From assembly GCA_043228905.1 (NCBI GenBank), contig JBHGNT010000020.1, positions 10,850,001 through 10,914,000 of the forward strand: DNA of 64,000 bases. The letters run 5' to 3'. This document shows positions 35,826 through 47,783 of the stretch, piece after piece. The notes under the pieces were generated by a model. The model had not been told where the DNA came from and ran no database searches. It worked only from the letters and a program-made list of their open reading frames with translations. The position numbers and the translations under genes were made by a program. Every line of letters begins with the position of its first letter. Position 1 is the first letter of the stretch. The stretch is from Azolla caroliniana (Eukaryota; Plantae; Polypodiophyta).

Positions 35826-38800
35826 TTTCTGTGTTACCGTCGCTCTGATACCACTTGTTACACACAGTGCTCGGCCACAACCAAGGAATAGGATCAACTC
35901 ACAGAAAACAGGAAATACAAAATGCACGAAGACAATAGAGAGAAGAGTACACAGGATGTTTTACGTGGAAAACCCTAAATGGGAAAAACCACGGGAGTCC
36001 TCAGACTCCAACCATCACTATAAACAGAGATGTACAATGGTGAAGCTACAAGGCAACAACCTTGAGCTCACTGTCTTCGCCACAGGCGGCGGTAATACAC
36101 AGAGGCAACGACCTCTTCGTCTCTCTCTCTCTCTCTCTCTCTCGGCTGCTCACTTAGCTCCCTCTAAGTGGAAAACCAGAAAAATGAGTAACAGCAACGA
36201 AACTGTTTGCCCTAAGTCATATTTATACACATATGACTTTCGGGCTATTTACAAATATAGCCTCGAGGGCCCTTGGCAAACATATTCACAAATATGTCCC
36301 CGCATCCGTATCTCTTTCCGGGTACATTCGTCATCCGGCTCCGTAGCCGGGGTCTTCATCATCCGGCTCCGTAGCCGGGGTCTTCATCATCCGGCTCCGT
36401 AGCCGGGGTCTTCATTCCCGATTCCCGGACATCTGACCATCCCATCCGGAGGGACCGTAATCCCAACAGGCTCGAAGGACTTCTAACTCGGTTGGTGACA
36501 AATTGTAGATCGGTCCCCATGGTGGCTCTTTTCTGGGCTGTAAATCGATGGGGCAATCATATGATCGATGGTGAGGAAGCGTATTGGCTTGTACTTTATC
36601 GAAAACATCGGTATAATGATGATACTTCTTTGGAAGTTGAATGGTGGACTCCTCTTTAGTGGTGTCGAAGGGTTTTATTGATATTGCGAAGAGAAACATT
36701 TCTTCCTTGCATCCTTCTTCCCGCAACTGATGTAGCGAAATGGTTGCCATCTTATGAGTAGATCCTCGGGCTTGTCAATACCAGATTTCTCTTGTTCTCC
36801 AATCTATGTCTAGGTTATGTAATTCGAACCATGGTAATCCTAAAACAATGGGATGTTTTGGGATACTAATTATATTAAATGATACTACACACACTATATT
36901 ATCTAGGACAATATTAACGGGCTCTAACTCTTCTATGATATTTCCGGAAGCAATGGGACAACCATCAATGACTACTACAGAGGCTAGACACATGAGTTTT
37001 CTGAGAGATATATGATGAGCTTGGGCAAAATTCCTATCCATGAAGCAAGAATTAGCTTCGGAATCTAGAAGTGCTAAGACATGTACTGGAGGGGTACTTT
37101 TAGTACTAACTGTTACTTGGGCTACGAACACATTGCTAACTTGCTTAGAGGGAATGGAACCACTAATGGGTTGCACATATCTAGGGTTGTCTAACCAAAC
37201 GACTCCTATTTTGGCTGAACTTAGTCGTTTAACTCTTCTTCTAACTGACTAAGGACATCAAATTTGTTCGCTAGATTTGGGCTATTAGTACTATTATGAC
37301 TATTAGATATTCCTACTAAAATAGACTTGGGTTTAGTACAATTAGAACTAGCAACTATTTGGTTTACTTGTCTTCTTGGCCTATGGGGACAGTTTACTAC
37401 AATATGCCCTGGTTCATTGCAATAAAGACATAGTCGATTTGCTCGACGTCGTTGCTTTTCTTCTTCCAAGAATGGTCCGCGACGACGTGTAGTGTCAATC
37501 TCCATCGGAGTCGAAGTATTCACTGGAGATGCATTATATGAATCCCTCGAAAAAGGTGGGCTGTGATCTTGCCCTCGACATTTGGAATTGTCATTCCGAA
37601 CGTCGTTCAAAAAGGCGGTTGTCGCATCTCTTCGCGCAACTGATTGCTTCTGTTAATGACTTTGGTTCTTCGGGGAAGGTCAAGAGTAAATCCTTGACAT
37701 CGTTGCATAAACCATAATGAAATTGCTCCATCAATGCTTTTGATCATCCCAAGGGATATTGGCGGTGAGTAGGTGGAAATCTACAGCATATGCGGAGGCT
37801 GGATGATCACCTTGGCATAATCGTCGAATTTTGTTGATTGTTGTCCTTATGTTGTCAGTGTCATGATATGGGTTCGAATCTTGTCCTAATACAATCGGAT
37901 GTCAGGGGGTTGCAATGAGGTAGAACGTGAGTTCTTCTTGGTGCACCCCGACTTGAACTACCAACGGGATAGTGGCTTCGGTAATAGCCCACAAAGAGAG
38001 AACCCGACCGTCGATCGCTTCAATGGATATGGGTTGTGATGTGCGGACGGTGGGGATATTATGTGCACGGACAAATGATTTATCGATAAAGCAAGTAGAT
38101 GCTCCAGAATCGAGCAAGGCATGAGAATTTATTGAAGTCAAACCAAAACAAAGACTTACTTGCAAAGAAAACCCTCCTAATGGCAGAACAGAGTTGTAGG
38201 AGCATGGAGAAGGTGAGTACGAGAAGCATCCAGTGGCATGGCTCCTATTGCAACCGGACTTGGTCGTTTTCCTGTTGTCGAGGAACCTCCGCGAGACGTG
38301 CACGATGAATTGGTGCCGCGGGCCCCGCACCGGGCAGTGGCGGATGACATGGTCGGGGTTGCCACAATAGAGACAGAGTCCATTGTCCCGATGATGTTGG
38401 CATTGGGCTTCAGTTAGTGGTTGGAACCAAGCATGGTCAATCTCCATCGGGGTATGGAAATTGAACTCCGTCATGGTATGGGTATCACTAGGTGATGGTA
38501 AGGTTGGTGTGGGAGACAACTAGGGCCTAGTGATTGATGTGTTTCGGGAAGCATGAGATCTGCGAGTCCCCCGTTCTTCTTGACGAAGTTTGAAGAGACG
38601 ATTGTCACACTGGAGAGCTTGGGAGATTACTTGAGACAATGATGTGGGCTCGGGGAAGTTTAAGAGAAGGGTCTTGATGTCATTTCAGAGATCGTGACGG
38701 AAATGTTTGCATAGGGCTTGGTCATCCCAATTGACATCGCAGGCAATTTGACAAAACTCTGAGGCATAGACCGAGGCTGGACGCGAGCCTTGTTGGAAAG

Positions 38801-39635
38801 AATAATCTTTGTGAGTGTCGTTCGTCGCCGATCTGTCTCGCCAAATGTCACTTCGAGCTCCTCAATGAAAGCGGTGAAGTTTTCTAAGAGAAGGGATGAC
38901 GTCTCGATCAAGGGTGCAAACCACACTTGCACCGGCTCGGAGAGATGCGTGCTTACAAGCCCAACTCGAGAAAAGTCACTAGCATAATGTTGGGGTTGTA
39001 ACCGGATGATAAGACGAATTTGGTTGATGAAGCCGCGAAGATATGCCCTCGTGCCGTTGAATTTGTCCGGTATGCTGATGGTTGGTTCGAGGACATATGG
39101 ATGGGAAGAGGATGTGGTTGGGCTTGGTGCCAACATTGGTTGTGACTCGGCGGGTGGTGGATTTCTTGAAGTGTCGAATTGCAACTCTAGTAATGATTCC
39201 CGAAGGATTTCATTCTTTAGTTGAAGTTGTTGCAAGGCTGTCATGATTTGGTTTAGGTTGTCGATGGTGTCGGACATGGTAGCAAGAAGGGAAGGTGAAC
39301 AAACTGTCACGGACAAGTATAATAGAGCAAAGAGAAGACAAGACTAGAACACAAGAGAGAGGAAAAGAACAAGAACTCAAATTATAGAATTCGTACTAAC
39401 TGGTGTTGTTCACCTTGATTAGAATCAAGGTGCACCTGAGTATTTATACAAGGCAAAGCTATGTAAGCCACCTAGAAATAGAGGATGCATGAGGATGCAT
39501 ACAATAGAGAATGCATGAGAATGTGTGCAACCTAGAAACTTCCAATGTTCAATCTACACTGGTAGGGTTACCCAATAGAGACCATCATGTCTTGGGTTCA
39601 ATCCCTACCTTCCTCCGTGGCATATGTCTATCACA

Positions 39636-40680
39636 AACAACATTGCAATAACTCCAAATAAAAAATGAAAACCTTCAAGAATTATTGTCGAAACTCCAAG
39701 ATGCTACTCTAATGAACCTCAAGTCCGCAAACCCCAACCATACATCAATGACCAACCTACAAAACTCGGTTCATTATCAATGGTTTCTTCGAAGCAAGGT
39801 TGTTAGGTACGCTAGATACGGTATGGATAAGACATTTGAACATTTCACATCCTAAAATACTTATAATATGGATGTCGACATTCACTTATTCTATAAATCA
39901 ATGTAAGTGTGTATCATGATGTTCTATTTCAAATTGTAATTATTTACGATTTTGCCATCATATATTGAAGAATCGTCTACAATGATCACACTCAAGATAA
40001 GTTTCTCTCTTCTTCATCATCTTCTTCATCTTCTTCTTCTATCTTTTGAGATTATCACAGTCAGGGTCAAGACAAGCTTCTGTCTTCTTTTCTCTCTTTT
40101 TCTTCTTCTTCTTCTTCTTCTTCTTCTTCTTCTTCTTCTTCTTCTTCTTCTTCTTCGTCGTCGTCGTCGTCGTCGTCGTTGTTGTCATCATCTCTTTTGT
40201 TCTTCTTTCTTCCGTCTTTTTGCTTCTTTATCAGTAAAAACTTTTTTTCTTTTCCTTTTTGTTGGGGTTTTACTTACATTTTTTTATAAATACGTATTAT
40301 ACCTATTTTTTCAAATGTACATTAAATACCATATTGGACAAATGTACATGATTTTTGACTGAACAACATTGAGGTATAGTACGTACTATACAAATTATGA
40401 GGTACTATACGTATTTAAACATTAAATACGGGTATGTAAACAACCATGCTTCAAAGCCTAATGTTTTGGAGCTTAAGGTCAGTCTATTAGACAAATTCAA
40501 TGGCACAAGGACACACTATTAAGATTTATCAATAAGATCTAACTTCTCATCCATCTACAACCCCAACATTATTCTGATGAGTTTTTGTCGAGTCGGTCTC
40601 ATAATAACTCTTCTTTCGTATTTGGCACAAGCCTGGTTCACACCTCTAGTTGAAACATTGTGACCTCTTCTCCAAAGAAC
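39636..40680 (+). pseudogene. Very degenerate chromovirus gag (continuation of the 24889-25411 element), split by a MITE
   Basis: LQIKNENLQE, DKFNGTR, LQPQHY, RVGL and AQAWFTPLVET align with the gag of element A. Confidence 0.6.
39795..40448. mobile_element. Non-autonomous hAT-type element (MITE) carrying a (CTT)n(CGT)n microsatellite
   Basis: TIRs CAAGGTTGTT / AACAACCATG; 8-bp TSD CTTCGAAG (39787-39794) and CTTCAAAG (40449-40456); subterminal TACG motifs. Confidence 0.7.
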
Positions 40681-40699
40681 AAGATAACCAGGATTTTAT

Positions 40700-41255
40700 G
40701 TTGTTGCTTTAGAATCTAGTAAATCTAGTGTTTTATTGAGGTAGATCCGAAACAAAGACTTACATTTAATGAAAACTTTCAAGGGATGTAGACTTGTAAA
40801 TGGTATGAACACAAAAAGGTGGATACCAAGATTCGTCTAGTTGCATGGCTCCTGTTGTAGCATAACATTGTCATTTTCTTGTTGGTGAGAGCTCTAAATT
40901 GTGTTTGCTTAGTAGATTTGTCATCACAAACCCTTCATTGGGCATTAGTGAATAAGGTGGTCGAGCAAAGCTAGTGTCAATGAAATAAGTTGTTTCTCTA
41001 GAACTTTGTAAGTTCTAGTGACTTTATCGAGGTAGATCCAAAACAAAGACTTACCTTGAATGAAAATTTTCCAAGGGATGTAGACAAATGGTAAGAGCAC
41101 AGTAAAGGTGGATATGAAGAGTTGTTTGGCTGTATGGCACCTACTCTAGCTAGACATTATTGTTTTCTTGTTAGTGGGAGCTCTAAATTGTGTTTGCTTT
41201 GTAGATTTGTCATCATAGACCATTCGTTGGTCACAGACAAATAAGATGGTTGGAG
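40700..41255. repeat. Diverged ~290-bp tandem duplication
   Basis: gaggtagatcc.aaacaaagacttac and gagctctaaattgtgtttgctt.gtagatttgtcatca each occur twice. Confidence 0.75.
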
Positions 41256-41267
41256 TCACCACAATAG

Positions 41268-41645
41268 TGTTACCCCTTTCTTCTGGAGGAACACACTCTC
41301 AGTTACTACTTCCGAGTAACCGGATCAAGGAAATTGTGGTAGGAAGGAGGAAGGGGCTTTGGGTCATCCCGTCAACTATGTACTTAGCCAAACGCGGGAG
41401 TTAGGGAGGTAACTTTACCCCAAGGGTTCCTAGATAACTCTCTCTGTGGATACCTGAGCTCTTCTGATCCACACGACACTTGGGGATACAAACAATTATT
41501 AGAACTTTGTAAGGATCGTAGTAACATATATCCCGTCGAATCGGCTACAACCGATTACAAGTTCACGATTACAAAAATATACTTTGGAGCAGACGTTAGA
41601 CACAGGGTTACCCCACAAGAAAGAATAAACGATTACGAATACACA
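41268..41645 (-). mobile_element. Probable truncated LTR fragment (U5 end)
   Basis: The minus strand ends in ...aaaggggtaaca, an LTR-like terminus; non-coding; abuts the Gypsy protease. Confidence 0.3.
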
Positions 41646-44600
41646 GAGACGCCGGTGAAGATCGGAGAGAAGAAGGAGACCGTGGTAGCCTTGATTGACC
41701 ATGGTTCGGAGATCAACCTCATGTCGACCGAATTCTACAAGAAAGGAAGATGGCCGATCAACACAAACCACAGATGGAAGATACGAGCAGCAACGAAGGC
41801 CACGGAAGACCTGTACGGAGCTTGCCCCAATGTTAAAGTCACGATCGGAGATGTGGAGATGGATCAACACTTCTTCGTGCAAGACTCGGCTTCACATCCC
41901 GTAATCCTAGGACAACCATATATCACATCGTCCCGGATGGAGACTAAGGTGTTCGATAACGGAGCGGCCTTCGCACGAGTCAAGAGCCTTGACAATCAAA
42001 GATCTGTTTAATTCCTTACGGTGCGGGCTAATCACGAAAGGAACCGAGATAGCCTTGGAGGCGAATCCTCGGATTTTTAGAGCGGACTATTGAAGCGTGG
42101 GGCACAAATAGTCCGAGCAGTCATAAGTCCCCACAAGGAGGCGAAATAAGTGGATCGCAAGGAGAAGCAACATGTGTGACACCTAGTGGCGCATGTAAAC
42201 TAACAGTACTCAAGAAGAAGGACAAGCGTAAGATACAAGACTTCGAGAAGATGCTGAAAGAAGAAAGCATAATCAAAGAAGAAGAATTTGTGTCTCATAT
42301 TCTAGAGGAAGCCTCATTTAACGACACCATCGGTGAAATCGAGGAAGTCGTGGACTTGAGCTACCCTCACGATCAAAATGTGATTTCGGTTAACTCCGTC
42401 AACATGTACGCTATCATCGATGAATATCATTGAGGCATCTTGATGGAGGAAGTTGAAGTCAACACAAAATATAAAACGGTGGATAAGAAGATCAAGCCAG
42501 TTGCGGTTCCGCTACCGGAAGATAGCTGGCAGAAGATGAAAGTTGCCAATGATCCGAGCTTAAGGGATCCAAAGGCAATAGGTCATGTCTTCACCAAAGA
42601 GACGAAAGGAAAGCTACAAGTTGGAAGGGAAGATTTCCTTCTCCCCGAAGAGGAGAGAATGTTCCGCGGAATGCTTGAGAGACATGGGAAAGCATTTGCC
42701 TTCTCTCCACAAGAGATTGGATGTGCCGACCCGAAGATGATAGAGCCGATGGTGATTTTTACGGTGACACATGTACCTTGGAACCTCAAGCCGATACCGG
42801 TTCCAAGAGCTCACATTCCAAAGTTGATTGAGCTTCTAAAGGAAAAGGTTAGGATGGGAATTCTTGAGCCATCCAATGCTCCCTACTCTAATAGATGGTT
42901 TACGGTGCCGAAGAAGAACGGGTCCTTACGCTTTATACAAGATCTCCAACCCGTCAACAAGGTGACGATCCGAAATGCCGGAATTGGTCCAAGCGTGGAT
43001 GAATTTGCCGAAGCCTTCGCGGGAAGATCGATCTATTCCATTGGAGATCTCTACTCGGGCTATGATCAATTTCAATTGGCCGTCGATAGTAGAGACATAA
43101 CGACAATGAGGACGCCGATCGGGTTGGTAAGGATGTGCACCTTACCCCAAGGTGCAACAAATTCCGTAGCCCACATGGTGAATGCCATGAATAAAGTGTT
43201 GAGGGATTGCATCCCCGATATCACAATGCCCTTCTTAGATGACATTCCAATCAAAGGATGCTTGATGGAAGAGAAAGATGAATCGAAAGATGAAGATGGT
43301 TGTCGAAGATTCGTCATCGATCATATAAAGGATAGCGAGAAGGTGTTGCAAAAGCTTGAGGATGCGAATCTCACGCTTTCGGGAGAGAAGTCTACATTCG
43401 GTCAACCAGAAATATTGGTAGTAGGACACTTATGTGGGTCTTATGGCCGGAAACCATCTCCATCCAAGGTGAACGCTATTCAAGAGATGAAAGAAGAATG
43501 TGTGTCTCAAACGGAGGTGCGTAGATTCTTGGGAGCATGTGCATTCTATCACATATGGATTCCACATTATGCCCATGTCGTTGAACCATTGTATGGACTA
43601 TTAAAGAAAAGGAAGAAGTTCGAATGGGAAGATGAGCATACCTACGCGATTCGAAAGCTAAAGAAACTATTATTGGAAGCTCCAGCACTGCGCAAAGCCG
43701 ACTACACCGATGGTACCCCGATATATGTGACGGTGGATACGAGCCCAACCGGAATTGGGTGGGTGATAAACCAAGAAGACAAAGAAAAGAATCGGTATGC
43801 AATCCGATTCGGTGCGAAGGTGTTAACCGAAAGACAAAGGAAGTATGCTCAAGTAAAGAGAGAGCTATGGGGAATAGTATCCGCGGTTAAAACTGACCGT
43901 GACTACCTTATAGGAACAGAGGTCATAATCGAAACCGACTGTCTACCTATTCTCGGAATGATATCCGGTTGTGCTACACTGGATATTGCTATGCTGCGAT
44001 GGATTGCCTATATCAAGTCCCTCAACCCCGAGATTCGGCATATAAATGGAAAGCATAATGTGGTGGCCGATATGTTGTCAAGGGCGAGGTATGAGGGTGA
44101 AGAAGATTTGCACTCCGACGAAGAGGATGTTGGCCTAAACTTCTTTATGGTTTCTTGTGGTCGGGTGCTAGCAATGTTCAAAGTAGAAGATTATGAGGGT
44201 GAATTCATCGAAATTGGCAAATACTTAAGCTCTCTTACAAAAGATGAATCATGGTCAAAGGAAGACTTCTACCGAATTAGAAAGAAGGCCTACAAGTTCT
44301 TCCTCAAAGAAGGACATCTATGGAAGTTTCCGAAGAAAAAGAATGGAACTCCACTTCGAGTGGTGTGCAAGAAACAAGATCAACAAACACTAATTGTTGA
44401 ATTTCATGATAGTGTGTGGGCAGGTCATCGTGGTATATGGGCAACATTTGCAACGCTCAAGGAGAAGTATTGGTGGCCGGGTGTTTACAAAGAAGTAGCA
44501 AGCTATGTTGAAACATTTGAGCAATGCCAATTATACTCGAATATTCAACATAGGGATGACCTTCATCCAACATATCCATTATCAATGCACTATAAGTGGT

Positions 44601-46924
44601 TGGTAGACATAGTGGTTATGCCAATGGGATTGGGGCAATTGAAATATCTCGTGCTAGCAAGAGAGGATCTCACCAACCAAGTAGAAGGACGGGCGCTAAG
44701 GAATAAAACAACTTCGGCGGTTTGTAGGTTTCTCCTTGAAGATGTTATTTGTCGATACGGATGTGTCGGCAAAATAGTGGCCGATAGAGGAGAATTAGAT
44801 GCGAACGAAGCTAAAGAGTTCTTTTCAAGAATAGGCGTCAAATTATCGCTCACCATGGCATAAAACCCGGACGCAAATGGGAAGGTGGAACGAGGACATA
44901 GTCCAATTGTAAAAGCTCTAGCAAAGGCTTGCGACGGCAAGATGGGAAATTGGCCACGATTACTACCTTATGCATTGTGGGCAGATAGAACTACACATAG
45001 CACGACTACGGGATATATGCCCGCCGAACTCATATTAGGACAAAAACCAATAATGCCTATTGAGCAAAGTGTTGCTTCGTGGACGTCTTTGCCATGACAA
45101 GAGGAAATGAGTCGGTAAGACTTGCTAGCCATGAGGATTCAACAATTAGAACGAAGGCCCGAAGATGTCAAGTTGGCAATAGAATGGTTGCGCCAAGCTC
45201 GATTGAAGAACAAGGAGAATTTTGATAGAAAGCATCGTCTTCGACAAAGAAAAATTGAAGAAGGAGATTGGGTTCTTGTCTATGATAGTAGTCTCGATAA
45301 TCAATATAGCACTGCTCGAAAGTTCGCAAAACGATGGTTTGGCCCGTATATGGTCAAGAAAGTAGAAAGCAATGCAACCTATTTTTTAGCGGAGTTGGAT
45401 GGAACTCGACTTGCTTTGCCAATCGCAGGGAAGAGGATCAAGATCTTTAAGAGAAGAGAAGCCCCAAATCTTGAGATCGAAGATCTAGATGATGTATCCT
45501 CAAACATCGAGGTTGAAGAAGAGTAATTAAAAAAGAGGAACCTCACCACAATTGGCACATACCGGTGGATGTGTAGGTTTGGTGGGGGTGAATGTCGTGT
45601 GGTTTTTCACACACGATATAAAAACTAGTAAAATAACTATTTACGATTAGCTTAATATATGGATATGGAAAGATAGATGTGTTAAAGAGCTTCATAGCGT
45701 ATTTTACTACGCATAAAACGGATAAACAAGTATCAAATTATGTGAGTGTGAAGTTTGAAGAAAAGAAAAGAAAAGAAAAAATTGTGAGATATCCCACATA
45801 GATAGGACAACATTGGAACCCAGAATATATAACGAAAACCAAAACATATTTATTCTATCAATGTGTGGAGCATAGGATGTTCAAGGTGACTTGGGCTACA
45901 CTATGTGGTGTGCACGCTTCGGGCGTACGCGTGTCTAAATGGCTGTGTGGACGTTCTCGGACGTACGTGCATGAATGTTTCGGACGGACGTGTATGTGCG
46001 GACGAGCGTGCGGACGCGTGGACATTTCGGACGGACACGTATGTGTGGCGCGGACGCGTGTGTGCACTTGCGCGCATGCGTGGATGCGTACACTACGGCG
46101 CGGATGAGACTTTTGTGCGCGGATGCGTATACGGTGCGGGTTGGACGCACGCACGCGTGGATGCGTACACTACGGCGCGGTCGGGACGTGCACATGCGTG
46201 GATGCGTACACTACGGCGTGGTCGAGACTTTTGCGCGCTGACGCGTCTACGGTTTGGTTGCGACGCACGTACGGATTGCGCACGAGCTAAACTTTATGGA
46301 TGATTGTGTCATTTGGCTGAATTATACGGACAATCGCGTGCAACCAAAAGCCAAGGCCATGCAACTAAAAGTAAAAAGGCATGCATCTAAAAATGGAAGC
46401 ATGCGACTAAAAGCAGAGGCCATGCAACTAAAAATAGAGGCCATCTGACTAAAAGTGGGCATGCAAAGTAACATTGGGGAGGAGGATCAACAAGGAGCTC
46501 GATATATGTCCCATTTTTTCCCTCCAAGTTTTCTTTTTCTTCTCTATTTTTTCCCCTTCTTTCTTCTTCCCTCTGGGATTCGAGAGGAAAATTATCTCAC
46601 ATATTGATATCAAACTCTTAACTTTGTTTACTTGAGCTTTCTTGTAAAAAATTATCTCTCGTATTCATATCAGACCACTCCTTGCATGATTGTTGGCTCC
46701 TTTCTTTGAAAAACTAATCTCTCATTTCCATACCCAACCCATTGTAACACGATTCTGAAATTATAAAGAATCGATTTTCTTTGCAATAAACAAATGATTT
46801 GTCTCTCCCACTTGTCTTATGCTTAAAACTTGCTTGTGTTGTACGTGTTGCACTAAATCCTTCTAGTCCAGAACCCCGGCGGTTCCACCTCACGATCCGC
46901 ACATAGTGACGGATTTTCATGACA
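41646..46924 (+). mobile_element. 5'-truncated Gypsy of the FLDD family: PR, pol with a few stops, PPT and 3' LTR 45593-46924
   Basis: VVALIDHGSEIN and PFLDD, with high protein similarity to 7845-11229. PPT ggtgggggtgaa|TGTCGTG; ends ...catGACA. Confidence 0.85.
42071..45526 (+). pseudogene. pol: Gypsy pol RT-RNaseH-INT (807-aa open core 42440-44863, flanked by in-frame stops)
   Basis: Same motifs as the young copy; premature stops at ~42431, ~44861, ~45095 and ~45116. Confidence 0.85.
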
Positions 46925-47480
46925 GCGCTCGATTCTCTTTGAAGACATGGTTGATCGTGTGGTAGTGGAGGCGAAGATCGCGCTTTTGTGCTTCGTGCTC
47001 TGTGTGCTTTGTGTGCTCTGTGTGCTCTGTACGCTCTTGTGTGCTCTTGTGAGTGAAATATGACGAGGTCTTCCTATTTATAGGGATTGACCACATTGGT
47101 TAAAGTAACCATAGTCACCTTAACCAAGGTTGGTAAGTTTGAGGATAGTTAGTTGGTAACCACAATCAAATTAACTAGAGTAACTTATGATTGCATTAAT
47201 GATTACAAAGTCAAACTAACATATTGATCAATCTTTTATAGTCATAACAACCTGCAATGACTTCAAAGGTCATGAAGGAGACAATGATAGAGGTTCATGA
47301 ATGTACCAATGATTGATTACTAAAAGCAACAATTTTTATGACTCTCAAATGTTGTGTATTAAAGATGTGGGCATGAATTAACCAATGATTGATAAGTCTA
47401 ATATTTAAAATGGTGAGCATTAAAGAACCAATGAGTGAGAGGTTCTATATCAAATATGGGTGCCATTAATTAGCCAATGA
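46925..47480 (-). promoter_or_regulatory. Putative Pol II promoter, 5' UTR and first 8 codons (MSSKRIER) of a gene cut by the Gypsy LTR
   Basis: TATAAATA at 47082-47075; CA-rich leader; caaccATG at 46948; four CCAATGA motifs at 47306-47480. Confidence 0.4.
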
Positions 47481-47783
47481 TTTTAACATTAATCCAACAT
47501 ATTTATGGCTTGGTAATGATTAGATTTATATTATACTTGATTTAACTTCATATAGATGTAGTTTAAATAATAATTGATATTTTAAATACAATTACTATAT
47601 TAAAAATAAAAATTTTATGTATTGTATTAATATAATAATACATAATATAGACATTCTATTGATTTGGCTTTTGTTTAGAGAGAAGTTTATGTTTAGAGAG
47701 GAGTATATGTTTAGAGAGGAGCTTATTAGTTTTTTTCCTTACCCTAAGCACATAACTTACAGAGCCCTATCTAGACCTTAAGC

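Larger units (their letters stand above)
31131..36468 (-). mobile_element. Young full-length Ty1/Copia, Tork (Tnt1/Tto1-like) lineage, TSD GGCTC
   Basis: LTRs 31131-31741 and 35856-36468 differ by one substitution and one CT unit as far as seen. PBS TGGTATCAGAGC at 35853-35842; PPT AAGGGGGAG; GGCTC at 31126-31130 and 36469-36473. Confidence 0.95.
28024..37860 (-). mobile_element. Degenerate Tcn1-like chromovirus B nested in A. 3' LTR 28024-28415; 5' end deleted
   Basis: TGTCA...TGACA LTR with PPT aaaggggggatag; chromodomain KYEVTAIL...TWEP; INT, RH EADASD, RT YLDD, PR LLDSEAN and gag CLYCNEPGH. Confidence 0.85.
25412..39635 (-). mobile_element. Degenerate Tcn1-like chromovirus A. 5' LTR 39305-39635, gag-PR ~37890-39280, RT-RH-INT-chromodomain 25477-28023, truncated 3' LTR 25412-25465
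   Basis: gag IPDKFNGTR and CLYC..PDH..HC; PR LLDSGAS; RT YLDD; RH ETDASD; INT SMDFITDLP; chromodomain EYEVDRIL...ATWEP. Both LTRs end in atccctaccttcctccgtggcatatgtcta. Confidence 0.85.

Noticed and set aside
35794-36402. 202-aa plus-strand ORF
   Set aside because: Antisense reading of the Copia LTR, with no domain.
39952-40362. Poly-Leu/poly-Arg ORF
   Set aside because: Translation of the (CTT)n(CGT)n microsatellite.
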